Assembly (NCBI GenBank): GCA_025284135.1
Contig: GCA_025284135.1_3646.2
From: a phage
Direction: 5' to 3' (one strand)
Length of the DNA stretch: 41,948 bases
Part shown: one piece after another, positions 26,945 to 35,745 of the stretch
How positions within the stretch are numbered: position 1 is the stretch's first letter
Layout of the letters: every line of letters starts with the position of its first letter
Made by a program: the position numbers and the translations under genes
The notes under the pieces: model-generated
Seen by the model: the letters and a program-made list of their open reading frames with translations, nothing else
The model's database searches: none
What the model was told of the DNA's origin: nothing

Positions 26945-27733
26945 ATGGGTCGAGCTAAAGAAACAAAACGCATGCGTGATGAAGCTAGAGAGGCTCGCAA
27001 ATCTGATCGCCTGCGTAAGGCTGCTGAGAAATTTGCTGACGAAAGAGAGCACACCGCTCCAGCTCTCCGACCAATGAATAAGAAGCAGCAAAAGTATCTT
27101 GATTATCTAGGGTCACGTAAGATTATCATTGTAAACGGTGTGTTTGGATCTGGTAAGACATTCATGGCATCTGCCTATGCAGGTGATCTTCTGCGTAAGA
27201 ACGAGATTGATAAGATCATTGTTGCACGTCCTTACGTTCAGACAGGAAAGACTTCAGGATTTAAACCTGGAAATGCAATGCAGAAACTGTGGCCCTATCT
27301 TCGAAGCATGATGGACACGATTTGTCGTCGTGTTGGCAAAGGTGCTTTTGCCGCAATGCTGGGAGACGGTCAGAACAGCCGTATCGAGATTTGTGAGGTT
27401 GAAAGCATTCGTGGTCGTAGTTTCGATGAGCGATGCTTTGTCCTGATTGACGAGGCACAGCAAACTAACCCTGAAGAAATGTTGTCAATTATCACAAGGA
27501 TCTCTGATCAGGCCACCCTTGTAATTATGGGCGATAATAGCCAACGTGACATCCCTGGTAAATCTGGCCTTGCATGGGTGACGGATTTCTTTACTCGTCA
27601 TCCAGATCCTGAGGTTGGAATGATCAGCTTTGATAGTCCAGACGATGTTGTTCGTTCCGGGTTGGGTCGTCAGATTGCACTCAATCTTATTGAGGATCGT
27701 GCAAATCATATTTGGACCCCTGTTTCCGAGTAA
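26945..27733 (+). CDS. phoH: PhoH-like ATPase
   Basis: Walker A GVFGSGKTF, ARPYVQTGKTSGFKPG and DEAQ motifs. Confidence 0.85.
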   Translation: MGRAKETKRMRDEAREARKSDRLRKAAEKFADEREHTAPALRPMNKKQQKYLDYLGSRKIIIVNGVFGSGKTFMASAYAGDLLRKNEIDKIIVARPYVQTGKTSGFKPGNAMQKLWPYLRSMMDTICRRVGKGAFAAMLGDGQNSRIEICEVESIRGRSFDERCFVLIDEAQQTNPEEMLSIITRISDQATLVIMGDNSQRDIPGKSGLAWVTDFFTRHPDPEVGMISFDSPDDVVRSGLGRQIALNLIEDRANHIWTPVSE

Positions 27734-27777
27734 TACAGAAGGGTGGTTATTCCACCCTTAAATATCTAAAACAGTTG

Positions 27778-27806
27778 TTGACAAATAGGCAAGCTTTAGA
27801 TATTAT
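27778..27806 (+). promoter_or_regulatory. sigma70-like promoter (TTGACA, 17 nt, TATTAT)
   Basis: TTGACAAATAGGCAAGCTTTAGATATTAT; preceded by hairpin AAGGGTGG-ttatt-CCACCCTT (27739-27759). Confidence 0.55.
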
Positions 27807-27836
27807 TATCGGACAAGACAAGGAGAAGGAGATAGT

Positions 27837-28148
27837 ATGGCTACAATACAAGAGAGACTGAATAAAATATACTGCCTGTTCGTCTATAACGGCGAGACAA
27901 TTTTGGCAAATAAAGGATCCAAGAATGTGTGGATCAAGGACAGTGGTGGTAATATAATCAACTTAGCGTTGCTACGTGAGCGCCGACACAGATTCTTTAT
28001 CGAGTCTCGGATTATTGAAAGCAGCACCTGCTACAGAACAGGCGATAAAGTAATTGTTGACAATGATACGTGGTATGTGGTAGACTGGCAATCATTGAGC
28101 TGTGATGCTTCTGACAATCGTAAGTACTCTATAGTGATTGCTAAATAA
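27837..28148 (+). CDS. hypothetical protein
   Basis: RBS AAGGAGAAGGAGA; 103 aa. Confidence 0.5.
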   Translation: MATIQERLNKIYCLFVYNGETILANKGSKNVWIKDSGGNIINLALLRERRHRFFIESRIIESSTCYRTGDKVIVDNDTWYVVDWQSLSCDASDNRKYSIVIAK

Positions 28149-28208
28149 AGGTAAATGTGAATCAGGTTTAAATAAATAGCTTTCAACTTCCAATATTAAG
28201 GATTTCTC

Positions 28209-29255
28209 ATGAATTTAACACCTCGCAGCACCATGGTACACGGCATGAAAGAAAAACAGAACGGTTTTGAACCTATGAGTAATAAAATGTTCGGTATGCC
28301 GGGTGGTATTATGGAAACATACAGCTACCCAACACCTGTTGTTGACCACGTTCTTTATATCGACGATTTGGAAGACTTACAAGATCATATGTCTCGTCTG
28401 CAGACGATCCGTATGGCTCAGCCGGAAGAAAGCATTCGGGTGATCATCAATAGCCCTGGGGGTTGCGTGCACATTGCAATGGCTTATCTGCAGGCATTCC
28501 GCGAGTCTCAGGCAAGCGTTGTTGCACATGCTGAAGGGATGTGCTGCTCTGCTGGAACAATCCTATGGCTGGGTTGCAAAGAACGCACTGTGGCTCCGGA
28601 CACAGAGTTTATGTTCCACTACTATCAAGGTGGCACTTATGGTAATGGTGTGAACATGAATACTCAGGTCAGCTACTGGAAAAAACGTTTTGAACGTCTG
28701 ATCGAAAAATACTACGGTGGGGTGCTGACAGAAGATGAGATCGCATCCATCACAACTGGTGGCGAAGTGTGGTTGGACGGAGAAGAGCTGGCAGCACGCA
28801 CTGGAGCTATTATTCTGGATGAGGGCAACATACAACGCATCCAGAACGGACAAAAACCTAAAAAGCTTCTGGCAAAAGGTGATGAAGGCGTGTTAGGTGA
28901 AGCAGGTCTTCCGGAGATTCACCAGTGCACCTCTTTAGATGAGTTAGTTCATGCTGTTGAATCTGCGAAAGCGGTTGGTTCGAAAGGTGATGTTCACACT
29001 GTGTTCCTGAATCTGCAGATGGAAAGTGGCGAGACCGTCCGGATCGCCCTGGGTGAAATTACTTCAGAAGATCTGCAGCGATTCTCTGTCGTCGAACTTC
29101 AGGATATTCTGTCTCAATTGAAGACTACTCTGAACGGCGGTGAAGAGGTTAAGGTGAAAGACAAGACCCGCAAGCGTCTGATGGACAATATCATTAAAAC
29201 AGCAAAAGAGCTCAATGAAAAAATCCTGGGTGCAGGAATTGTCGAAGAAGCTTAA
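28209..29255 (+). CDS. ClpP-like serine peptidase (S14 family-like) with long C-terminal extension
   Basis: INSPGG, GMCCSAG (Ser nucleophile context), FMFHYY; start may be an internal Met. Confidence 0.5.
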   Translation: MNLTPRSTMVHGMKEKQNGFEPMSNKMFGMPGGIMETYSYPTPVVDHVLYIDDLEDLQDHMSRLQTIRMAQPEESIRVIINSPGGCVHIAMAYLQAFRESQASVVAHAEGMCCSAGTILWLGCKERTVAPDTEFMFHYYQGGTYGNGVNMNTQVSYWKKRFERLIEKYYGGVLTEDEIASITTGGEVWLDGEELAARTGAIILDEGNIQRIQNGQKPKKLLAKGDEGVLGEAGLPEIHQCTSLDELVHAVESAKAVGSKGDVHTVFLNLQMESGETVRIALGEITSEDLQRFSVVELQDILSQLKTTLNGGEEVKVKDKTRKRLMDNIIKTAKELNEKILGAGIVEEA

Positions 29256-29266
29256 ACATTAATTCT

Positions 29267-29290
29267 AAAGCCCTCTTCGGAGGGCTTTTA
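29267..29290 (+). terminator. rho-independent terminator (possibly bidirectional)
   Basis: AAAGCCCTC-ttcg-GAGGGCTTTT. Confidence 0.6.
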
Positions 29291-29306
29291 TGATCTGGAG
29301 ATTTGC

Positions 29307-29840
29307 ATGACTTGTGCTAGAAAACCTGATGAACAACGTAACGCATACGATGAGTATGTGACACCGGAGTGGTGTGCAGAAGGGCTGTATGACCTTATTC
29401 CGTTCCCAGAGGACTGGACCTACTTAGAGCCTTGCAGGAATAGTGCCTCAGGTGTGTTCTACTCCCGTATGCCGTTAGGATCTGCATGGGGAGAAATCCA
29501 AGAAGGTGTTGACTATCTGAATACAGAATACAACCATGTTGACTGTATTATCACCAACCCACCATACAGTCTGGCCCGTGAGTTCGTAGACAAGGCGTTG
29601 AAAGATGCTGACGTAGTTATTATGCTTTTGCGTCTTAATTTTCTGGAAAGCAAGGCCAGATTTGAATGGTGGCTTGATAATGCACCTACCACTGTGATCA
29701 CAATATCTAAGCGTCCGTCATTCCAATCCAACGGTAGAACGGATGGGCAGGCATATGCCTATTTTGTATGGGACAAGAAAAACCGTCTAGACTTGCCGCC
29801 ATTTATGTGGTTGGCACCACCAGAGGTAGACTTGAAATGA
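29307..29840 (+). CDS. small DNA N6-adenine methyltransferase-like protein
   Basis: DCIITNPPY motif IV; 177 aa. Confidence 0.55.
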   Translation: MTCARKPDEQRNAYDEYVTPEWCAEGLYDLIPFPEDWTYLEPCRNSASGVFYSRMPLGSAWGEIQEGVDYLNTEYNHVDCIITNPPYSLAREFVDKALKDADVVIMLLRLNFLESKARFEWWLDNAPTTVITISKRPSFQSNGRTDGQAYAYFVWDKKNRLDLPPFMWLAPPEVDLK

Positions 29841-30121
29841 AAATGAGTGCTAAGGACAAGTTGCACCAGTTGGCGCTAAAACGTCCTGTAACGCTCCCTG
29901 ACGAGCTTAACTCCATTTATGATGCGATTGTAGGGGAGATACAAAATAAAGCGTTAGCAGGCTTTCTGGGATGCGGATTTTCGATAAATCTACCCTCGCA
30001 TCTCTCAGATTACTTCCCGCATATTGTTGGGGATTTGAGGGCAGGAGGTCTGCAGGTAGATGTTGTTGGCATCTCTCCAGAGAAAAATAACACGGTTGCC
30101 TACTTGACAGTAACTTGGTAG
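29837..30121 (+). CDS. hypothetical protein
   Basis: ATG 29837 overlapping upstream stop (ATGA); ORF-track start 29768 is likely inside the methyltransferase gene. Confidence 0.4.
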   Translation: MKMSAKDKLHQLALKRPVTLPDELNSIYDAIVGEIQNKALAGFLGCGFSINLPSHLSDYFPHIVGDLRAGGLQVDVVGISPEKNNTVAYLTVTW

Positions 30122-30155
30122 TTGTGTATTGTTGTTATCAACAAGGGGGTCATTT

Positions 30156-30395
30156 ATGTACAAGTCATTTTCAATTTACTCAAGACAGGCGAAACACTAC
30201 ACAGAGATTCTGATCACTCAGAAAAAATCTGTAGAAGGTGAGTGGGAATATCATCATAAAATGTTGCGTCCAGACTGGGTTTTTGATAGGCTTATTGCTA
30301 TGATCCCTCTTGGAGAAGTATACCCTCTGACAGGTCATAGGGATGCTTGGGATTTAATTGATTACATAGATTCATTTAAGGAGCCTAGTGTATGA
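30156..30395 (+). CDS. hypothetical protein
   Basis: ATG 30156 after AAGGGGG RBS. Confidence 0.4.
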   Translation: MYKSFSIYSRQAKHYTEILITQKKSVEGEWEYHHKMLRPDWVFDRLIAMIPLGEVYPLTGHRDAWDLIDYIDSFKEPSV

Positions 30396-30790
30396 AGATT
30401 GAGATCACTAAAGAAGGTAAGAAAGTGTCTGGCGATTATGCAACAGTAATTCGGGATGTAATGTTTGAAGTAACCCAGACTGGTACTTCTAAGGTTGGTC
30501 AAACGGTAAGTGTGCAAGGTAATATTGCCGCAGGTGAAAAGATAATCATCGTGATCAAAGGACAAGACCCTGTGGAAGGAACAGTGGGCCGAGGAGGCTA
30601 CCTATGCATTTCTGAAGAACCGCGTATGCTGGTTGCTGATAACTCCACAGGTAAAAAGCGGGTATGTAACACGGACGAGGTGATGATTATCTATCCAGTC
30701 AACCAAGATGATCCGGCAACATGGATTGTGGGAAATGAAATCTTCTCTTTAGAAGAGTTATCCTTCCCAGCTCCGCGCTCTGTTCAGTAA
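30392..30790 (+). CDS. hypothetical protein (MKIEIT N-terminus)
   Basis: RBS TAAGGAG; N-terminus shared with 37897 and 41340 ORFs. Confidence 0.45.
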   Translation: MKIEITKEGKKVSGDYATVIRDVMFEVTQTGTSKVGQTVSVQGNIAAGEKIIIVIKGQDPVEGTVGRGGYLCISEEPRMLVADNSTGKKRVCNTDEVMIIYPVNQDDPATWIVGNEIFSLEELSFPAPRSVQ

Positions 30791-30829
30791 TAATTTATCT
30801 TACCAGGGACGGTAGAAGTAGGAGGTAGC

Positions 30830-31063
30830 ATGAAAGTTAAATTTCTTACAGATTTAGGATACCCTTCCTTGGTTGACTGCATCGGTAAAATTGTGGAAGC
30901 AAAACGGCTATCTGCAAACGATAATGTTGTCATGGTTAAGGGAAAAGATTTATTAGCTGCAGGTGCAGAGTCTGGCAGGATCTCTCCTGACTATACGTAT
31001 TACCTGTCTTTAAGTAATCTACCAGAACGAGGCGGCAAAGGCCTTGAAGTTGTGGAGGAGTGA
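30830..31063 (+). CDS. small acidic protein, member of tandem paralog family
   Basis: RBS AGGAGG; MKVKFL...KGKDLLAAGA...LEVVEE shared with 34487 and 34701 ORFs. Confidence 0.5.
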   Translation: MKVKFLTDLGYPSLVDCIGKIVEAKRLSANDNVVMVKGKDLLAAGAESGRISPDYTYYLSLSNLPERGGKGLEVVEE

Positions 31064-31068
31064 CAGGT

Positions 31069-31593
31069 ATGCTTCTGATTAACTGGGAATACCTCTATGG
31101 GGACAACGATCCTGTTGCGTTTGTTGATCGTAGATGGAGATATACTGAAGAACAACTGGCTGCAAAAAATTTAACTGCAAAACGCAGAAAGATCATCCAG
31201 TGCAAGTATAAATACGCACAGTTTGCTGCAAAAGTGTCTCCACAAATCGAGAGCTTTGTGCTTAAATTGTATGACGAGTACCTCAAATTCAAATTGGATT
31301 TTGTACAGGTATACCGTGCACAGATACGACCAGATACCAGCATTTGTAGATGGAAGGTTGTTTGTGACGGTAAAGATTTGCCACTCAGCTTGACAATTGA
31401 GCAGCGTTGGGGGTATCATGAGTGTGGTCTGTATGAGACTTGGGATGTCATTGTAGATCCTGCTAAGTACCTGAACACAGAGGAGCTGGAATATATCAAT
31501 AAGGTTATTCTAGATATGTTTTTCAACTACACCCGTGAAAACTCCGAGAAAGAACGAGATAATTTTCTTGACACCATCAGCAACCATCTGTAG
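31069..31593 (+). CDS. hypothetical protein
   Basis: ATG 31069 after GGAGGAG; 175 aa. Confidence 0.45.
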   Translation: MLLINWEYLYGDNDPVAFVDRRWRYTEEQLAAKNLTAKRRKIIQCKYKYAQFAAKVSPQIESFVLKLYDEYLKFKLDFVQVYRAQIRPDTSICRWKVVCDGKDLPLSLTIEQRWGYHECGLYETWDVIVDPAKYLNTEELEYINKVILDMFFNYTRENSEKERDNFLDTISNHL

Positions 31594-31596
31594 TAT
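31568..31596 (+). promoter_or_regulatory. sigma70-like promoter (TTGACA, 17 nt, TAGTAT)
   Basis: TTGACACCATCAGCAACCATCTGTAGTAT overlapping the 3' end of the upstream gene. Confidence 0.45.
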
Positions 31597-31623
31597 ATAA
31601 TTTAACCTACAAAGGGAGGGCTA

Positions 31624-31860
31624 ATGAGTATAAATGTTGTGCTAATAGGTTACCTGGTAATAGCCGTTATAACAGCGGTATTCTTGACAGGTGTATGCAT
31701 CGTGTCTAGACGAAGGGTGAAGTTTGATGATTTTATCACCATCATCACTGCTGCACCTTTTTGGCCTATTGTTATCTTCATCGTAATAATGTGCCTAGTT
31801 GATTACTACAAGAATATCCGTAAGGAGAAAAAGGGGAGTAGGGATGGAGACCGCACCTAA
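31624..31860 (+). CDS. small membrane protein with two predicted TM helices (holin-like topology)
   Basis: RBS AAGGGAGGG; hydrophobic VVLIGYLVIAVITAVFLTGVCIV and FWPIVIFIVIMCLV, charged C-terminus. Confidence 0.5.
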   Translation: MSINVVLIGYLVIAVITAVFLTGVCIVSRRRVKFDDFITIITAAPFWPIVIFIVIMCLVDYYKNIRKEKKGSRDGDRT

Positions 31861-31996
31861 AACTGTTTATACTGTTCTTAAAGAGATTGCGTTCTACGCA
31901 GATCTTAGCCAGGCACCTTTATGGGAAAAGAGCATGTATTTAAAGTGGTGCGTTAATTTAGGGAGACCTTCCAGTGTTTCAAGCCATGTTTATTGA
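31844..31996 (+). CDS. hypothetical small protein
   Basis: ATG 31844 after AAGGGGAG; overlaps neighbours. Confidence 0.3.
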   Translation: METAPKTVYTVLKEIAFYADLSQAPLWEKSMYLKWCVNLGRPSSVSSHVY

Positions 31997-32079
31997 GATG
32001 CTATCTGGGGTATTGTTACTGGTAGCCATCTTAGGTGGTGCAGTTCTGATGTATAAATATCTTGAAAAAGGAGACAGCA

Positions 32080-32265
32080 ATGGCAAAAAATAAATCTTTA
32101 GAGCAGGCTGAAAACCTTCTCCACGAGCTGGTAAAGGAGTGGAAAGTTGAATACTCAGATTTTAATGCACGAGAGGGTGAAGATTATTGGCCTACGGAGC
32201 GCTCAGAGGGCGAATGGTATCAAGATTTTATAGAGTGGTTATATCAGACGTGCGATGAGGGGTGA
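32080..32265 (+). CDS. hypothetical small acidic protein
   Basis: ATG 32080 after AAGGAGA; ORF-track start 32062. Confidence 0.4.
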   Translation: MAKNKSLEQAENLLHELVKEWKVEYSDFNAREGEDYWPTERSEGEWYQDFIEWLYQTCDEG

Positions 32266-32267
32266 CG

Positions 32268-32723
32268 ATGTTTGTTAAATATGTAAAAACGTGCCTCAAC
32301 AGTCTTGGCAGAGAGCATTGGTACACCTTACTTGAAAAAGGAGAGATTTTAACAAAATCTGGAAAGATAACTTTGATGCCTCTTGATGGTAAAGACCCGT
32401 CACTACTTGTCATAGATGATTACGTTACAGGTGTGACGTTCGAGGTCTCTGTGGAGAGGTTAATACGCAGAGCTGGCGGCCCTTATGATCAAAGAGAGTA
32501 TGTTTTCGATTCCGTTACAGAGAGGGATCATCCGTCTTTAATGTTCAGGATGGTAATCAGAGATATGAGATCATCTATAGATAGGATCGTAAAGGACATT
32601 AAGAAACCTTTTAGGGTAAAAGTTAAGAAGTTTTTTGATTCTAAGATTAACATACTTGCCGTTGTGCTGGGCGTAATTCAACTTCTGTTAATTTTGCACT
32701 ATTTTGAACTGTTGTTTAAGTAG
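32268..32723 (+). CDS. hypothetical protein with C-terminal TM anchor
   Basis: ATG 32268 after GAGGGG; C-terminal ILAVVLGVIQLLLILHYF. Confidence 0.45.
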   Translation: MFVKYVKTCLNSLGREHWYTLLEKGEILTKSGKITLMPLDGKDPSLLVIDDYVTGVTFEVSVERLIRRAGGPYDQREYVFDSVTERDHPSLMFRMVIRDMRSSIDRIVKDIKKPFRVKVKKFFDSKINILAVVLGVIQLLLILHYFELLFK

Positions 32724-32783
32724 TGTGTAACAAGGCACAAAGGATGTGCCATAATTAAACAAATTAAGAAAGAGGTAGAGAGA

Positions 32784-33131
32784 ATGTCAAAGATTAAATC
32801 GATATTGATGTGGGTAGCTGTTGTGGCTTTTATAGGGTACTGGACTTGGGAAACTGAATTAAAAGATATCGGATATACCAGTCTTGAGAGCAAGGCGTGC
32901 ATTGGCATAACCGATGCGTTCAGGCAAAATGCTATGGATCACGAATGTGTTGATGCAGATATAGATGAGAAACTGTCTAAGGACAAAGATTTTTACCATG
33001 GTCATGCCTTGCTTGATAGTGGTGACACTGTAGAATTCTGGTCGTGGTTCCGTGAAGATGGGACAATAAAGACAGCAGTAAAGATTTCCAACAAAGAGTT
33101 GATGCTGTTGCAGCAGAAGGAGGTGCAATGA
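32784..33131 (+). CDS. hypothetical protein with N-terminal signal-anchor
   Basis: RBS AGAGGTAGAGAG; ILMWVAVVAFIGYWTW. Confidence 0.5.
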   Translation: MSKIKSILMWVAVVAFIGYWTWETELKDIGYTSLESKACIGITDAFRQNAMDHECVDADIDEKLSKDKDFYHGHALLDSGDTVEFWSWFREDGTIKTAVKISNKELMLLQQKEVQ

Positions 33132-33415
33132 TCTGGATATCCTACGCTGATGGCACCATGCTGTATACTGCAGGTACTAGATATGAAGTTAAGGAGGACG
33201 ATAAAAAATTTATCGTAAAAACATTTGACAAGGACGACAACCTTTTGCTAGAATTGACTTACAAGGTTGGGGATGTATCTAGCATCCAATTGGATTGCGG
33301 TCATAAAGATAACCCGCTCAAGAAACCTGGGGTAGGTAAAGCTTCAGAAGAACGCCTGTCTCGTATTGCAGAAAGCGTTTCTGCACAAAAATCTAAAAAG
33401 GGGACTAGAAAATGA
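33128..33415 (+). CDS. hypothetical protein
   Basis: ATGA start/stop overlap with upstream gene. Confidence 0.45.
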   Translation: MIWISYADGTMLYTAGTRYEVKEDDKKFIVKTFDKDDNLLLELTYKVGDVSSIQLDCGHKDNPLKKPGVGKASEERLSRIAESVSAQKSKKGTRK

Positions 33416-33606
33416 AAAACTTACGTTTTAACACTTATTACTACAACACTTTGAATGATTTGTATTATATTGTTCGAAGTAAAAATCCTGAAACAGTCCT
33501 ATTCTGCCGCGAACCTTTCAAAGGAGAGGAAGTGGAGTCTGAGATGAATGTTAGCCAGATTACCTCTTTGTTGCTCTCAGGTGCAATGGAAGAAGCAATA
33601 TTCTAA
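33412..33606 (+). CDS. hypothetical protein
   Basis: ATGA overlap; 64 aa. Confidence 0.4.
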   Translation: MKNLRFNTYYYNTLNDLYYIVRSKNPETVLFCREPFKGEEVESEMNVSQITSLLLSGAMEEAIF

Positions 33607-33624
33607 ACCAGGCGGGAGGGTTTT

Positions 33625-33810
33625 ATGAAGCACTATTGTCTGTCTGGTAGGATGGGGGTGGATTGTGATTGGGTTTTCTTAAAACTTGTCAGCGTTCGAG
33701 AGTCCATCCCAGAGGAAGAGCAAGAAAGTGAGCTGATGTCATGGATCAACTATTACGGCAACACTTTCCGGTATGTCAAAATGGAAGAGCTGCCAAACGA
33801 GGCTGATTGA
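33625..33810 (+). CDS. hypothetical protein
   Basis: RBS GGGAGGG; 61 aa. Confidence 0.45.
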   Translation: MKHYCLSGRMGVDCDWVFLKLVSVRESIPEEEQESELMSWINYYGNTFRYVKMEELPNEAD

Positions 33811-33905
33811 TTATGGTCACATCAATATTAACGTTTATGGGTGGCGTGGCATTCGGATTCATTATTTGTCTGTTTATAGTTATTATGGCTATGCGAGGCT
33901 GAATT

Positions 33906-34190
33906 ATGAAACTGTTCGAGTGGTTTAAAAAGTTTAAATACCAGGCTGTTGCTGTATCGAAATGGACCGTCCGCTGGGTGGATGATGATGGAACACAAAT
34001 TCCCGGTGATCAGGATACCGGATACTGGGTTATGATGGAGAACGGATTTGGGAAAAGGAAGTTTAAATGTGTTGGTGCTCCTACTCTTTTAAATGTTAGA
34101 AGTGTGCCAGGGTACAGCACTATGGTTGTTTGGGAGCTATCCGGTGTTCCTCCTGCTAATGTGCAATATCTGCCAAACCCAGAAAAATAA
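33906..34190 (+). CDS. hypothetical protein
   Basis: 94-aa ORF with GAGG upstream. Confidence 0.45.
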   Translation: MKLFEWFKKFKYQAVAVSKWTVRWVDDDGTQIPGDQDTGYWVMMENGFGKRKFKCVGAPTLLNVRSVPGYSTMVVWELSGVPPANVQYLPNPEK

Positions 34191-34202
34191 AAGGAGAAGA
34201 TA

Positions 34203-34487
34203 ATGAGCAATAGTGTTAGCAATAGTGCTGCAGAGTTTAAAGTGATCTGTAAAGGAACTTATTGGATAGTGAAACAGAAAGTGTACCTATTCGGTTTCAT
34301 ACCGTTTTGGCAGAGATTTTGCTGGGGAGCTAACGAGCTTAAGAGATACGCAACCAAGGCTATGGCACTTATTGGTATAGCTGAATACATTGCTGCCAGA
34401 GACAGAGAGGGGAAAACTTGTTACTACACTGCTGACGAGATTCGTAACAGTGTTTACGTCCCACAACCACCTGATGGAGACCGTTGA
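34203..34487 (+). CDS. hypothetical protein
   Basis: RBS AAGGAGAAG. Confidence 0.45.
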   Translation: MSNSVSNSAAEFKVICKGTYWIVKQKVYLFGFIPFWQRFCWGANELKRYATKAMALIGIAEYIAARDREGKTCYYTADEIRNSVYVPQPPDGDR

Positions 34488-34711
34488 TGAAAGTTAAAGT
34501 TTTAGATTCAAGCTTCTATATTGGTCAGGAGCCTTTAGTAGGGAAAGTGTTTACTGCTGTCCCTAACGAAGATTACCCTGACCTTTTAAAAATAAAAGGG
34601 GCAGATCTTATTGCAGCTGGTGCATCTCAGGAATGCTTTGACAGTCAGTGGACCTACAACTTTGCCCTAGGAGAGGATGTGGAGATAGTGGAGGACGATC
34701 ATGAAGGTTAA
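34487..34711 (+). CDS. small acidic protein, tandem paralog family
   Basis: MKVKVLDS...KGADLIAAGA...DVEIVEDD; overlapping start/stop. Confidence 0.5.
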   Translation: MKVKVLDSSFYIGQEPLVGKVFTAVPNEDYPDLLKIKGADLIAAGASQECFDSQWTYNFALGEDVEIVEDDHEG

Positions 34712-34955
34712 AATTCTTGACTCTAACGTCTACTTGGGACAATCCTTCCTGAAAGGAAAGGTCGTACCTGCGGTATACTTCGAATGGTTGCCTGACAACG
34801 ATCCTGTGCGTCAGAAGCATTCCACTGTATCACACTGTGTGGTATTTATTCGCGGGTCAGATCTGATCAAAGCTGGTGTCCCCAAGTATTACTTTGGGGA
34901 AGAACATTACTATGCCTTCGGTGTAGGAACAGATGTAGAGATTGTAGAGCGGTAG
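34701..34955 (+). CDS. small acidic protein, tandem paralog family
   Basis: MKVKILDS...RGSDLIKAGV...DVEIVER. Confidence 0.5.
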   Translation: MKVKILDSNVYLGQSFLKGKVVPAVYFEWLPDNDPVRQKHSTVSHCVVFIRGSDLIKAGVPKYYFGEEHYYAFGVGTDVEIVER

Positions 34956-34956
34956 T

Positions 34957-35355
34957 ATGAAGAACAAGCTTTTCAAAGTAACAATGAAAATTCGCGGAGC
35001 TTGGAGCGTAAAGCAAGGACGTATTCCAGAATTTGAGAAAGACTTCTACGTAGTCTCCACATCTGAGGAGGCTGCATGCTGGCAGGCTGGCTATGCCTAT
35101 GCAAGAACATGGTACGAAGGGTACCAGACTGGTGGCTATGACGGAGAAATTATCAGCAAAGGTGTAGAAGAAATTAATGTGTTGACAAGTGAAAAAGTTT
35201 TTGTTATAGTGCATCCAGATTCCAGAGTGAAGCATTACTGGAATGCCAGAACAAAAACTTGGACACCGTTTGCAGATTCTGCTACACCACTTTTAAACCA
35301 AAAAGCTCTTGACTCTGCCCCGAGCTATGGGGTTGTTGAAGAAAAGCTAAACTGA
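34957..35355 (+). CDS. hypothetical protein, paralog of 37164..37559
   Basis: Shares HPxS...YW...WTP...L C-terminal pattern with 37164 ORF. Confidence 0.5.
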   Translation: MKNKLFKVTMKIRGAWSVKQGRIPEFEKDFYVVSTSEEAACWQAGYAYARTWYEGYQTGGYDGEIISKGVEEINVLTSEKVFVIVHPDSRVKHYWNARTKTWTPFADSATPLLNQKALDSAPSYGVVEEKLN

Positions 35356-35372
35356 AACAGTGAGGTGCCACT

Positions 35373-35663
35373 ATGATGGATTTAGTTCTGAATATTGATA
35401 ACGCAGGAGAGGTTAAAGACGATGGTGTAACAAGCATGGACCAACCATGCCCTGCCAAGATTGACTCAAAATGGACCTATAAGTTTGACGGAGAGATCTT
35501 TGCAAATGATGAAAAGGTTGTAGATGCTGCAGCCATTTTGAACGCTCTAGGGTACGACCCTGTGAATTCTTTGATCAAGGATCCTGTTGAGTTTGCAGAG
35601 TATGTTCGAAAAATGGCAGATCTTGCTGTAGATATTTTAGATACTATCGACAACAAGCTGTAA
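35373..35663 (+). CDS. hypothetical acidic protein
   Basis: RBS GAGGTG; 96 aa. Confidence 0.45.
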   Translation: MMDLVLNIDNAGEVKDDGVTSMDQPCPAKIDSKWTYKFDGEIFANDEKVVDAAAILNALGYDPVNSLIKDPVEFAEYVRKMADLAVDILDTIDNKL

Positions 35664-35669
35664 AAACTG

Positions 35670-35698
35670 TTGACACAACGCTTCAGCTATAGTATTAT
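35670..35698 (+). promoter_or_regulatory. sigma70-like promoter (TTGACA, 17 nt, TATTAT)
   Basis: TTGACACAACGCTTCAGCTATAGTATTAT. Confidence 0.55.
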
Positions 35699-35745
35699 TG
35701 TTTTCAAAGAGAGAGTTATTCCCTCTTCTTTAAAAGGAACACGTT

